A stretch of 64,000 bases of DNA. Origin: Eledone cirrhosa (taxonomy: Eukaryota). Every line of letters starts with the position of its first letter. The first letter of the stretch is position 1. The translations under genes and the position numbers were made by a program. The stretch spans positions 334,862,001 through 334,926,000 of the forward strand of contig OZ024741.1 in assembly GCA_964016885.1 (NCBI GenBank). The letters are read 5' to 3'. Shown in pieces: positions 40,521-54,130 of this stretch. The notes beneath the pieces were generated by a model, which had not been told where the DNA came from, searched no databases, and was given only the letters and a program-made list of their open reading frames with translations.

Positions 40521-42305
40521 GTAAGTACTTTGTTCATTACAGTTATACATTTTGTTTCAAAATTAAGAACATAAAAAAATATTTCTGTAGAGTGGTTAGG
40601 AATAGAAAGAAAGGTTTTCCAGGTAGAGAAACCCTGCAAAACATGTGTTGAGAGGCCTATTGTTGGTCCTTGATAAAACCTAGCTAGTATACTCTGTAAA
40701 GTAGTTGGTGATATGATGGGTATTCAACCATAGAAAAGTTTGCCAAACAAAAAATAGATAGGACTGTTCAGTTATGTCAAAAACATGACAACACCCTTAA
40801 TGCTGGTGCCATGATAAAATGTATTCTGTATGCTCATGTAAAATAATTAATGTTGTGAAGAGTATTCAGTCATAGAAAACTTGCCAAATAAAGGATATAT
40901 AGGACTATTCAGTTGTGTCAAAAACATGACAACATCCCTAGTGTTGGTGCCATGATAAAATGGACTCTATAGTATGCAGGGATATATGTAAAGAAGATGC
41001 AGTTCCCAGAACTTCCGAGAAATCAGTGGTTGTGATTATGTACTAAATTGGTCTGTGACGACGCATCTAACCCATGCTAACAAGGAAAGCAGACATTAAA
41101 TGTTAATGATGACAAATACTGAGAAATATATAATTTTAATATTTCATGAGAATCTCAGATTTTTTTTTGTGGATATTTATATTTCTAAAACAGTTTTCCT
41201 TCAAATCTTTAGAAAATTAATTATTTCAATGGAAAGATAAAGATAAATGTGTGTTTTTTGTTGTTTTACTAAAGTTATAAATGATGCAATATAAATTCAT
41301 AGATGTTTTATTCCTTTGAAATTTTAGCCATGAATAAGGCATGGGTTTCACATAATTTATAGATCTTCATTGAAAATTGATGTATGAAGTCAATTAGTGC
41401 AAACAAAAGGGAGACCGAGTGGGCTTTCTTTTAATGATAGGATTTACAAGTATTTCACTTGTGAAGTTAGCTGAATGGAAATGAAAAATCATTCAATACT
41501 TACATCATTCTGAGACCATTAATCAGAATGCTGATCTCTTAATTCTTAGAAAAGTAAGTTTTATGATCAAATCCCTACACACACACATAGGTACATATAC
41601 ATACATAGATACTCACAAACACACTTAGATACAAACACAGACACACACATAAATACATATACACATAGATAGATACACACATACATAAATACACACACAT
41701 AGATCACATGCATAGATTCACACATGCACACATATATATATATATATACATACACATTAATACACTCACATATAGACACACATACATAGATATTCATGCA
41801 CACACATAGATACACCCACATACATATGCTACTTACTTCCTTGTTAAACATAATCCATTAATTTATACAAAACCAATTTATGTCTTTGATAATGAAGTCA
41901 TCAATTCTTCAGACTTTCAGAAACTGAAACAATGAATTCTTTATATAATGGCTTTTATCAGTTTAAGAATTTTCTAGAGAATATTTTTAAAAACCCCACA
42001 AGAGTTTGTAGAAATTATATACATATATATATATGTTTCTTTATGAGACTTTCTAATGAATTTTATATTAAATGTTACTTGTCCGCTGAATCAAATTCTT
42101 TATGAAATATTAACAATCTAAACAAATTAAATAGTGTTTTTAGAGAGGGTATGATTAAAAATGTTTTATATAAAAAGAAATCCACAGTAATTTATAAAGC
42201 AAATATTTCTGTTATATGTATATATACATTTTTTGTGTGTGTTTATGCTCATACACAGATGTATACATATATATGTATATATACTGACACATACACATAT
42301 ATGTA

Positions 42306-42371
<66 letters not shown>

Positions 42372-43085
42372 TATGTATATATATAGTTATGTAGCTATAT
42401 ATTGATATATATTGTGTATATACTCTCTCACACACACACACACACGCATACACACACACACACGCACACACACACTTACACACACACAAATATATATATA
42501 TATATCATGATATAATATTAAAAATATTAAACAGACTAATGTTCACTACTTCTTGCCTGAAGCTGCTTACAATGTTTTGAAATGAGAGAGAATTTTTTCA
42601 CCAAAATTATTTTACTCTAGAAAGATATTATACCTCATTCAGGAGATGTGATTAAACAAACATTTTAACAATATTACAGACACAAACATGAAAATAATGC
42701 ATGGAGAAAAATATTAGAAAAACATGAAAAAAAAGAACTGGTTTCAAATGAACAGCTAAATTTTTATGAAAAAATTACAAAATCATAAGACTTAAAACTA
42801 ATTTTGTATTTTTAAATATTTCTTTTTGTCTCTACTGTTTTTTTGTTTGGTTTTATTGTTATTAATATTATTAACTGGCAATATAACAGCTTGAAAAATG
42901 TATATATGTGTATATACATATAGATAGATATGTATGTGTGCGTGTGTATATGTGTATGCACTTGTGTGTATATATATGTATATGCGTGTGTGTGCATATA
43001 TATGTATATGTATTCATAGTTGTATGTATGCACATATATATATATACATGTGTGTGTGTGTATCGTATATATCAAATTTAATATA

Positions 43086-43220
43086 GAGATCATCAGGAAA
43101 GCTTTCCTGATGATTTCTTTTGAATGAAACAGTTCTAGTCTTGTAGAAACCATTTCTATATTAAATTTGATGTTTACACTCTACTAATGAATTGAGTACT
43201 TTACTAACTGCGGTTACTAC
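43086..43220 (+). mobile_element. Short fold-back element with a hammerhead core
   Basis: 32-bp palindrome gagatcatcaggaaag|ctttcctgatgatttc, followed by CTGATGA-t-TTC-tttt-GAA-t-GAAAcag. Stems I and III are degenerate. TA-rich flanks. Confidence 0.5.
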
Positions 43221-43439
43221 CGATTGAACCTGGGACTCATATATATATATTTATCATATATATAGAATATATATATATATATTATATGTCTGTGTAATGA
43301 ACTCGTTCTTTGCGTTCAATGCATGAGGTTAAAAGGTTTTACTTTCTTTTTACTCTATGTTGTAGTGTTTGTCTTCTGTGAGACATTAAACCTAATTTGT
43401 TTTGCAAAATAGACTGCATCCTTCACACACATATATCAA

Positions 43440-43486
<47 letters not shown>

Positions 43487-45277
43487 CTGTGAGTGTATTT
43501 CTTCAATGCCCTATTCTGTTAAAAAACTTTCATCTTTAAAAAATCTTCTTGTGCAGTTTTATAGGAGTACAATGATTACCTAGATATGTGAGAGAGTTTT
43601 AAATGGCCTCACCTTAACAGCAACATTCCCTTTATGATGTGTGGCTATGCAGTCGCCATATTGGAGAGACAGGCATTAAAATGTTGCTGTAGCTTTGAAA
43701 TTAAACTTTTTGCGTAAATCCTCAAATGTTGTTCTACTGATTGGTTGAATAACATTAAAGGATCACTGATTAACAGGCATGATTGGCCAGCGTAAATTTT
43801 GTGCCCCTTGATCCTTGGGCTCGGGGGGTGGGGTGGGGGGTTGCTAGTACCTGCTCCCTTTACGTCCATATTGCTTTTGCTCTCCAAAGTACAATGATTT
43901 CTAATTTAGGTGCCTAGCCAGCAATTAGATTTTAAAAAATGTCCAAAGACTGTCTTGAGCCCAGAGGCTCATCAAGCTGGCCCAGATTCTGTGGCATTAA
44001 GCAACTGAGAGTACAAGACTTCCATCTGGACACGACATCAGTCTATCACATGGTTAAACCCTCTGCTACTGCCGGTTATCATTTTCAACTGAGAATATTG
44101 GAGTAATGTGAAATGAAGTGTTTTGCACCATAACACAACACACAACCCAGTCCAGGAATCGAACCTACAATATTATCATCATAAGTCCAACACCCTCACC
44201 ATTAGGCCACATGCCTCCACAGCAATTAACTAGGGAGGTGAAAGTTGATTTTATCAACTCCACAACTTAACTGGTACTTTATTTTATTGACATCAGCAGA
44301 ATGAAAGGCAAAGTTGAGCTCAGCAGGATTTGAACTCAGAACATAAAGGGTCTTAACCTAACATTGCATTGTATTTTATTTAACACTTCTTCTGTTTCTT
44401 CACTCACTTATTCCTGGGAGGGTCATGAGGGTAGAGTCCTCAAGCATACCTTCCAGTGAGTCTTGTCAGAAGCAACTGTCTCCAGTTGATCCGGCTGGAT
44501 TCACAAGTGAGACCAGCCAAGCTCTTTGATGTTATCCAACCATCTTGCTCAGGATCTATCTACCCCTGGCTCTCATGTCAGTTGGTTTTGCCCATAAAAT
44601 CAATCCAATGATCTTTCCTGAGACAATTTAACCACACATCCATAATATCTTTGATCTCTCAATTTGGAGAAGTAGCAGTTTTACCTGGAGTGACATTCTG
44701 ATCTCTTAGCTATATACTCTATCATGTAACATTACTCCAAAACCCTTCAGAGGAACCCCATTTTGTCTCAATTTTATTTGTGATCATATTCTTTCTTATC
44801 CAAGATTCATGACCATAGGTAAGGTTTGTCATGAACACTAAATTGAAGATATCGAGTTTGCTAATCTAAATAAATGTTACAAGGATGAACATTCAATAAC
44901 ATTCTGATAAATTTTTACACTATCATATATTCAAAGAAATTTAGTTTGGTTTTGATTTGGTTTGGTTTGGTTTGGTTTGGTTTAATCTATTTAGACTTTT
45001 TATCTTGGTGTTCTCCTGCTTTCTAATGGAAGCTACTTGTTATAATTTCAGGTGGTACATTGACTTCTGGCAGCAGGAATACAGCTTAGTGTGGAAAAGT
45101 GAGCAGAATCTTTTAAACTAGCTTTCTATTAAGAGAAAATATATCTGATATATAAAAAGAAAAGAAAAAAAAGCAATATAAAAAAAACAAGCAAACATGT
45201 GTCAATATCTGGCTGCCTTAAGAAACATTACGAAAATTTGAAGCTTGAGATGTGGTCGTCCAAACGCAAATAACAAC

Positions 45278-45308
<31 letters not shown>

Positions 45309-46659
45309 TCTTTATTAACCACAAGGGTTTACACAAAGTAGACATTAAGAACAGTACAGGACAATACAGGACTGTACAAATGGGCATTTCTGCGTGTAAA
45401 AAAAAACCCAAACAGAGGATGACAATAATAATCGATCACTAATAATAATTAAGAAAATTGAATATAGTACCCCTGGAGATAGAAAAAAGGGAACAGAGGT
45501 ACCCAGGGATATTTTACCTGATTTTCCCTACCATTATACATTCTATAGTGATTAGCTATTTGGATTGGCAGTATCGGTAGAGGGTCTGTCCTTTATGATC
45601 TGAGTTCAAATCCCGCCGAGGTTAACTTTGCCTTTCATCCTTACGGGGTCGATAAAATAAAGTACCAGTAATGCACTGGGTAATTGCTGGCCTTGTGCCA
45701 AAAAGTAGAAATAATTATTTTTATAGTCATTTACGTTGTGATGACTACATTTAAAATTCATATATGTGTATATTATCATAGGCAGTATTAGCAAAAAAGT
45801 TTATAAATTATTATTTTTTTATTTTTCTGACATTGGCACAAAGTTTGAATATTTTTTGAGGTCCATATCTTAAATTTTGAAATGAAGTACACGCATGCAT
45901 GTATTTATTATTTTGGAAAAGATATGCAAACATTAAAATGATAATAATTTTTTCTAATATAGGCTAGAAACAGGTGGGGTGTGGGTCATTCAATAATATG
46001 AACCTCAGTACTTGACCAGTGCAAACTTATAAACAAGTATATAAAGTATTTAAACCTATCAAGGGACAAAAATGAGAGAATTCCCATGTTAAACTTTAGA
46101 TTTTGTTTTCCCTTAATGGTTGGAGAATTTTCTACTAAAGTTGTATTTTATACCTATGAGATCAATTAAATAGTACCAGATAGGGATGAAACAATTGGTT
46201 ATATAATTTCACTAAAATGGTTGTATATTTCCTAAATATTAATGGACAAATTGCTTGACTAATATTAAATTTAAAATAATTGCATGATAACAGCTTAGGG
46301 TTCAAAATGACTGTGTAAAAGGTAATATCTTCTACACTGTTAACTGTGGTGATGAAATTAAACAGTCAATTCTCTTTCTCCCTCCCTCTAAGAAATTAGC
46401 AGTCTTCAGGCATGAAGAGAGATGGACTTGACTAGGTTTAAAATGTCTAAGATAATGCCACTATCACACTATTTGGAATCATGGGTCCTTGGTGGGAACT
46501 GGTAATCTAGAGGATAAGGACTTAAAGGTAAAACACCAAGGGAAATAACTTAAAGGCAAAAATCTAGATAAAAGCCCTCTTGTATAGAATATCTACATTT
46601 GGAAAAAATTAAACTACATTATCTAAATTTATAAATTAATTGTACAACATCGCTAACAA

Positions 46660-46694
<35 letters not shown>

Positions 46695-47423
46695 CGAGCG
46701 TGTGTGTTTTTATCATCATCGTTTAACGTCCATTTTCCATGCTAGCATATGTAAATCATGCTGTCCTGTGGTGAGACATCCAGGTCGGAGGATTTTGGCT
46801 TGGTTTCTACAGTAGGATGCTCTTCTTAATGGCAATAATATTTACAGTCTGTACTGGATGCTTTTTGTTGTGACACCTACACAACCACTTTACAGTGTGG
46901 GCTTGGCACATATTGTCATGTCACCAACACAACTGCTTGGTGAATTTTGTCCTGACACTAACACAACCACATCACATTTTAGACTGGGTGCATTTTGACA
47001 TCACACATACACAATCACTTTACGGTATGGACTGGGCACTTTTTGTCCTGGCTTCAGGATGATTACATTATGGTGTGGATTGACGACTTGGGTACATATA
47101 TCATCATAATTTTTCATCATCATTTTATGTCCACTTTTCCCTGCTTGCAAGGGTGGGATGGGAACTGACTCTGGCTTGATTTCTATAGCTGGATGCCCTT
47201 CCTAACACCACCTCATGGTGGGTGGTTTTTGCCGTGGCACCTACACAACCACTTTGCAGTGGAATGATAGGGTTCCTTTCATCTCATTTCTACAGCTGAG
47301 TAAACTGGAGCAATGTGAAATAAAGTGTCTTGCTCAAGGAAACAACACATCACCGGGTCTGAGAATTGAACTCACAACCTTTCGATTGCAAGTCCAATGC
47401 TCTAACGACTAAGCCATGTGCCT

Positions 47424-47684
<261 letters not shown>

Positions 47685-47741
47685 AGGAGGAGGTTATAGT
47701 TCACTTGAAGCATTGTGTAATGAGGTATAAACGTTTGTATA

Positions 47742-48691
47742 TCTATATATATAAAACTGTGGTTGTCTGTCTGTCTATCGATTTTTGGCACACATCTCCT
47801 CTTAGAATCTCTCACGGAATTGCACCGAAATTGCTATACCTGTACATTGAGCCCTAGCGAAGACATCGGAAAAAAAAATTTCAAATTGACCCACCCTATG
47901 TGACGAAATCGAATATAATGTATCGATTTTTGAGCGTAAGTTATCAGTTATTTCCCTTTGTTCTGTTTACATTGAGCGTCTTACGTAAAAAATTACGCTG
48001 GCTTTAACAGTTGTCGAGCCAGCAAAATATTGACCCGAAAAATTCATCAGTTCGAACACTAAGCTTCCGTTTTGCTTCATTTCCATTTAAAAGCATTTTA
48101 AAACAATATTTTTACTTGAAAACAAGTCTATTTAAAGACTACGTAAAACAAGCAAATATTTCGTCGTTAGGCGTGCAGACAGACAGTCGTGCAGACAGAC
48201 AGTCGTGCAGAGAGGTGATATACGCGTGCAGACAGATAGTCGTGCAGAGAGGTGATATAGGCGTGCAGACAGACAGTCGTGCAGAGAGGTGATATAGGCG
48301 TGCAGACAGACAGTCGTGCAGAGAGGTGATATAGGCGTGCAGACAGATAGTCGTGCAGAGAGGTGATATAGGCGTGCAGACAGACATAACTGATAATTTG
48401 GTTACGCTAATGTTTTTCTCTGCGTTGCAGTGTTTACATTTTCGATCTTTGTTAATAAATAACCAGTGCAGTTTCTATCCCCAGCATCCTCTTTTGTTAT
48501 AACATTCGGGTTATCGTTATGTTTTCTTAACTTCATAAGGCATATTGTTGGTTGAGGGAATATTAATCAAAAACACCACATGCAAGTCTGCACAGTAGAC
48601 ACTACAGTTTTTAAGCCAAGAAAGAAACTTAACATTGTAACTTTAACACAGCTACTGAGCGACCCCGAGCAACGCCGGGCTTTACTGCTAG
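47742..48691 (+). mobile_element. Non-autonomous Helitron
   Basis: A|TCtatatatataaaa 5' end, subterminal hairpin cccgagcaacgccggg, CTAG|T 3' end, no TSD. Internal ~36-39-bp tandem repeat at 48170-48386. The 3' end is nearly identical to that of 31865-33006. Confidence 0.9.
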
Positions 48692-48899
48692 TGTATAATA
48701 AAGCCAAAACAATGCAGGTATGGACATAGAATAAAGAATGCAAATGCAAAAGATATTGTTGACAATTAGTCTTTTACCTTAGATTTATTTAAATGTCCTT
48801 AATTTTCGAGATAATATCTCTTCTTCGGAGAGAAGTAAAGCGGTTAAACCAGTGTTCTAAATAGCTTGCCAAGTCATGCTGACATAACCGCTTTACTTC

Positions 48900-48934
48900 C
48901 CTCCGAAGAAGAGATATTATCTCGAAAATTAAGG
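48900..48934 (+). ncRNA. Minimal hammerhead variant (CCGAAGA core)
   Basis: cct-CCGAAGA-a-GAGAT-att-ATCTC-GAAA-at-TA^-agg. Stem III is the palindrome AATT. The U4C change is present in both arms. Confidence 0.55.
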
Positions 48935-49048
48935 ACATTTAAATAAATCTAAGCTAAAAGACTAATTGTCAACAATATCTTTTGCATTTGCATTCTTTAT
49001 TCTATGTCCATACCTGCATTGTTTTGGCTTTATTATACATATACAAAC

Positions 49049-49120
<72 letters not shown>

Positions 49121-49125
49121 GTATA

Positions 49126-49308
<183 letters not shown>

Positions 49309-49350
49309 TTCAAGAGTAACCAATCTTATATATATATTTATATATATATA

Positions 49351-49600
49351 TATTTATTAAACTAACAGATTAAAGAATTGCTTCTTTCACCCTTGACGGG
49401 ATCTTCTGAAACTAAAAAAAATCAATCTGTGGACGCAGAAGTAAATATTTCGAAAAACGTTGCAACCGAAAGAAAGCAGGAAGACGATACTTTGGTTCAT
49501 GAAGACGTTCTCTGGCAATGAACATTAAGGGTGAAAGCAGCAATTCTTTGCTTAAACTTTAATCTGTTATTTTAATAAATATTTGCTGTACAGGTGTTAT
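49351..49600 (+). mobile_element. Older fold-back element (imperfect ~45-55-bp arms, ~130-bp spacer)
   Basis: aacagattaaagaattgcttctttcaccctt versus aagggtgaaagcagcaattcttt..tttaatctgtt. A decayed hammerhead-like atgaaga...gaac-at-ta-agg lies just before the right arm. Confidence 0.6.
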
Positions 49601-49655
49601 ATATTTTTATATATATATTATCCTTATCGAGCCCTCTTCGGATTTTAGTCTTCAC

Positions 49656-49743
<88 letters not shown>

Positions 49744-49886
49744 GTGAGGTTTCTATATATATATATATATTATATATATTATTATATATATATATTATAT
49801 ATATTATTATATATATATATTATATATATTATTATATATATATTATTATATATATATTATATATATTATATATATATTATATATAT

Positions 49887-49968
<82 letters not shown>

Positions 49969-49971
49969 GTG

Positions 49972-50015
<44 letters not shown>

Positions 50016-50361
50016 TTCGTTTTTGAATATGTTTTGCAAGGTTTTTGTGTTGAAACATATAGTTATACTTTGGGAGGGCCAAGCTGCCAATAAAAACACC
50101 AGCACCAATGTGTGTGTTTATATTGCCAACATAACTCTCCCATATATATGTGTGTGTGTGTATGTGTGTACGTATGTTCTTTTCTGTTTCCTGTTGTTTT
50201 GTTTCTAAACTCTATAAATAAGACAACTAGCTGTTTACTTTAATGGAAAAAAAAACTGTTCGAAATTTCTTTTTATTTTAGCTATTTTATTTTCTATTTA
50301 TTAGACAAATGCAAACAAAAGTATAATAATAAATAAATACCATAAATGTATATACATACAC

Positions 50362-50425
<64 letters not shown>

Positions 50426-50767
50426 ACAGAGAGAGAGATGGAAAAAAAATTGTTGTATTTGCTTAGATTGGTGAAGTTGAAATTTTCTGAATTGACGGTG
50501 CTAACAACAAAAGGTTAGATAGTATCTCATATACTGCAAGTAACTCTACAACATCAAGACAAGATGAACAATGGAAGTAAGATAATTGTATTGATTATTT
50601 TGCCACAATATCCTATAATCGGACTTTTGATGGCAAAAGAATTGACTGGGGTGATTCAACAAGTTAGAATTTTCTGCTTTACTAATGCAGAATAAAAATG
50701 CATGAGGGACTGTAAGAAATAAAATATAATACACAGACACACACCCACACACATATCTATATATATA

Positions 50768-50802
<35 letters not shown>

Positions 50803-50884
50803 ACGATGATGATGATAATGTGGTTGGGTGAATCTATGTGTATATGTAAATATGTTTGTATGTATACATATATGTATGTATATA

Positions 50885-50978
<94 letters not shown>

Positions 50979-51159
50979 GTATGCAAATGTATGTATATAT
51001 ACACACATACATATGTGCATATGTATTCATATGTATATATATCTATATATATATACATATATATACACATATATGTATATATGCACATATATGTATATAT
51101 ACACATATATATATACACATATATGTATATATACACACACAAATATCTATATATATATC

Positions 51160-51190
<31 letters not shown>

Positions 51191-51486
51191 TTTTATACAC
51201 ACATACACAGAACTATAATAGAAAGTAGCCATCATTTTGTAGTTCTATCTTTTTGTTATTTTTTGTATTGTTTACCTTAAGCTTTTCCCTTCCATCATAT
51301 TCCTATCATTATTTCTGTTGTTATTGTAATTATTTAGACACTACATAATGTTGTGTGTTTTTTTGTGGGAGGTTTGTGTTTTGTTTTTCACCAAAAACGT
51401 ACTTTCTCTCAAATAAAAGGACAATATAAAAATAACAACCATGTCAACAAAAACCAAAAAAAAACATCAGTTGTAATAATGATAGC

Positions 51487-51519
<33 letters not shown>

Positions 51520-52168
51520 AATAATAATAATAATAATAATAATACTGTGATAATAATGATAGTGATAATAATAATAATAAAGATGATAATAATAATAGTA
51601 ATGATACCAAAAATAACAATAATACAATGATGAAAACAATAACAACAATAAAATGATAACAATAACAACAACAACAACAACAATAATTGTAACAACAACA
51701 ATCAAAATGATATTAATAACAATACAATAACAACAACAATTGTAACAATAACAACAATAATAATGATAGGATGATAAAAAATATAGAAGTCACTCCTCGT
51801 TAGGAAGAACATTCTTAGCTCAAAGATATATGAAGTGCATGCTTGGTGAATTATGATGGGTTGGATTTGGAGAGGAAAAAAATATGATGATAAAACAATA
51901 CCATAATCTCACCCAATCCCCAGCCCCCAACCTCCCCAAAAGAGGTAAAGAAATATGAAATGAGGCAGGGCGGGGTAGTGAAGGTAATGACGGTGGAGGT
52001 AGGGGTGTAGAGGGGTTGGGCTGAGGGTGAAATCATATCAGAAGGAAAATTCTTAGGTGGATATTCTGAGCATTCCGATTTGTTGCAAAAAAACAACATA
52101 GTGTATATATATGTGTGTGTATCAATAGGTATGCATATATGTATGTATGGATATACATGTATATACAC

Positions 52169-52204
<36 letters not shown>

Positions 52205-52210
52205 ATATAC

Positions 52211-52242
<32 letters not shown>

Positions 52243-52264
52243 TTATATATATACATATGTATAT

Positions 52265-52740
52265 ATATTGTTATACTTTGGGAGGGTCATGTTGCCAATA
52301 AGAAACACACGCACCAGTTGCTTTCACTTCAGTTTATTATATATTTATAAATTTACAAGTTTATAAATTTATAAATTTCTGGTTGGTTGGTTGGTTCCAC
52401 AACCAGATAGTTGTTTATATATAGTCATAGTCCTGAAAATGGCGTAGGACAGAACAAAGGAGAGGCACAGAAACAAAGAAAGGAATCCCCAGTCACTGAA
52501 GAGGTCACAGAGTGTGTGACGAAAGTTCTATGACTATATATAAACAACTATCTGGTTGTGGAACCAACCAACCAACCAACCAGAAATTTATAAATTTATA
52601 AACTTGTAAATTTATAAATATATAATAAACTGAAGTGAAAGCAACTGGTGCGTGTGTTTCTTATTGGCAACATGACCCTCCCAAAGTATAACAATATCGG
52701 TTTCAACACACGATTTCAGATAAAGAATCTTGCTAAACAA
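52265..52740 (+). mobile_element. Fold-back element, family C (~168-bp arms, 97-bp spacer, tail) in (TA)n
   Basis: Arms 52265-52430 and 52528-52697 differ essentially by one (ggtt) unit. The tail runs to 52740. Confidence 0.92.
52491..52535 (+). ncRNA. Minimal type I hammerhead ribozyme
   Basis: agtca-CTGAAGA-g-GTCACA-gagtg-TGTGAC-GAAA-gttc-TA^-tgact. 5-bp stem I, 6-bp stem II, intact core. Predicted cleavage after A52530. Confidence 0.85.
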
Positions 52741-52824
<84 letters not shown>

Positions 52825-52850
52825 ATATATATATATATATATGTGTATAT

Positions 52851-53385
52851 ATATAAAATCAAGGGAGTGTAAACACAGAAAATATCTTAAAAAATAGTAA
52901 TAAATAATTAAATTCCAAAAAATTCACTGTACTTACTATATGTGCCATTACCACGGTTTCAGATCCCAAATAAATAGACAATCCAAGTGGATTTCTGTTG
53001 AGAAAGAGATCATCGTCAGAAGGCATTTCTCTCTCGGAGAATATAAAATTCCCGAGTTCAAATTACAAACTAGTGCCATACCAAACTGCCTCAGAATAAA
53101 TTGGTTATGGTTAGGAACACGTGCAAAGGACAATCCAATCAATGGAAATCCACTTGAATTTTCTATTTATTTGGGATCTGAAACCGCGGTAAGGACACAT
53201 ATAGTAAGTACAGTGAATTTTTTGGAATTCAATTATTTATTATTATTTTTAAAGATATTTTCTGTGTTTACATTCCCTTGATTTTATATGTTCTGGGTTG
53301 TTAATTTATTAACTTGCTATTGAACCACACTGGCATACAGACTATACTTGTATCCCTGTATGTATTAATACATATAGGACATATA
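52851..53385 (+). mobile_element. Fold-back element (~145-bp arms, ~150-bp spacer, tail) in (TA)n
   Basis: Arms 52851-52995 and 53145-53289. The right arm contains GAAA-CCGCGG-TA-agg (palindromic stem III-like), but no intact CTGANGA was seen. Confidence 0.85.
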
Positions 53386-53623
53386 CTTTTATTATATGTG
53401 TATATATATGTATATATATATATGTGTGTGTATGTATATATATATATATATATGTATATAAAAATGTATATATATATGTATATATGTATATATATATATA
53501 TGTATATATATATATGTATATAAAAATGTATATATGTATATATATATGTATATATGTATATATATATATGTATATATATATATATGTGTGTGTATATATA
53601 TATATATATGTATATGTATATAT

Positions 53624-53796
53624 AAACGAAGTATTTCTGTCGGAAAGATACAGGAAAAAAGAGTGCTCTATGTAAGCTACAGAGCTTATTAGTTATGTAA
53701 TAAACAACATAAGATAATATAATATAACATAAGATAATTATTTCATTTACCACTGGTAAATGAAATAATTATCTTATGTTGTTTATTACATAACTA
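53624..53796. mobile_element. Fold-back element, family A
   Basis: Arms 53690-53752 and 53754-53796, with a ~20-bp duplication in the left arm. Shares gagtgctctatgta...acagagc...taataaacaaca with 7141-7303 and 12494-12630. Confidence 0.8.
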
Positions 53797-53927
53797 TATG
53801 TATATATATATATTAATAAAAGGAATTCCAACTTTGTCTGATGTACTCGTTTTATTTACAATCCTTTAAAATTATAATGATATTATAATGAAATAGTATG
53901 GTAGAATATTAAATGTTAAATGTTAAT

Positions 53928-53966
53928 TGAACAAGTACTTTCATGCTTTCGCAATCTTCAGGTTCA
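53928..53966 (-). ncRNA. Minimal type I hammerhead ribozyme
   Basis: Minus strand reads tgaac-CTGAAGA-t-TGC-gaaa-GCA-t-GAAA-gtac-TT^-gttca. 5-bp stem I, GNRA-capped stem II, palindromic AGTACT stem III. Lies inside a ~185-bp island (53813-53996) between (TA)n tracts. Confidence 0.82.
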
Positions 53967-53993
53967 TATTCAGTGGTGACAGTCAAGTTTGCA

Positions 53994-54069
<76 letters not shown>

Positions 54070-54130
54070 GCATATATATATATGTATATATATATATATG
54101 TATATATGTATATATATATATGTATATATA

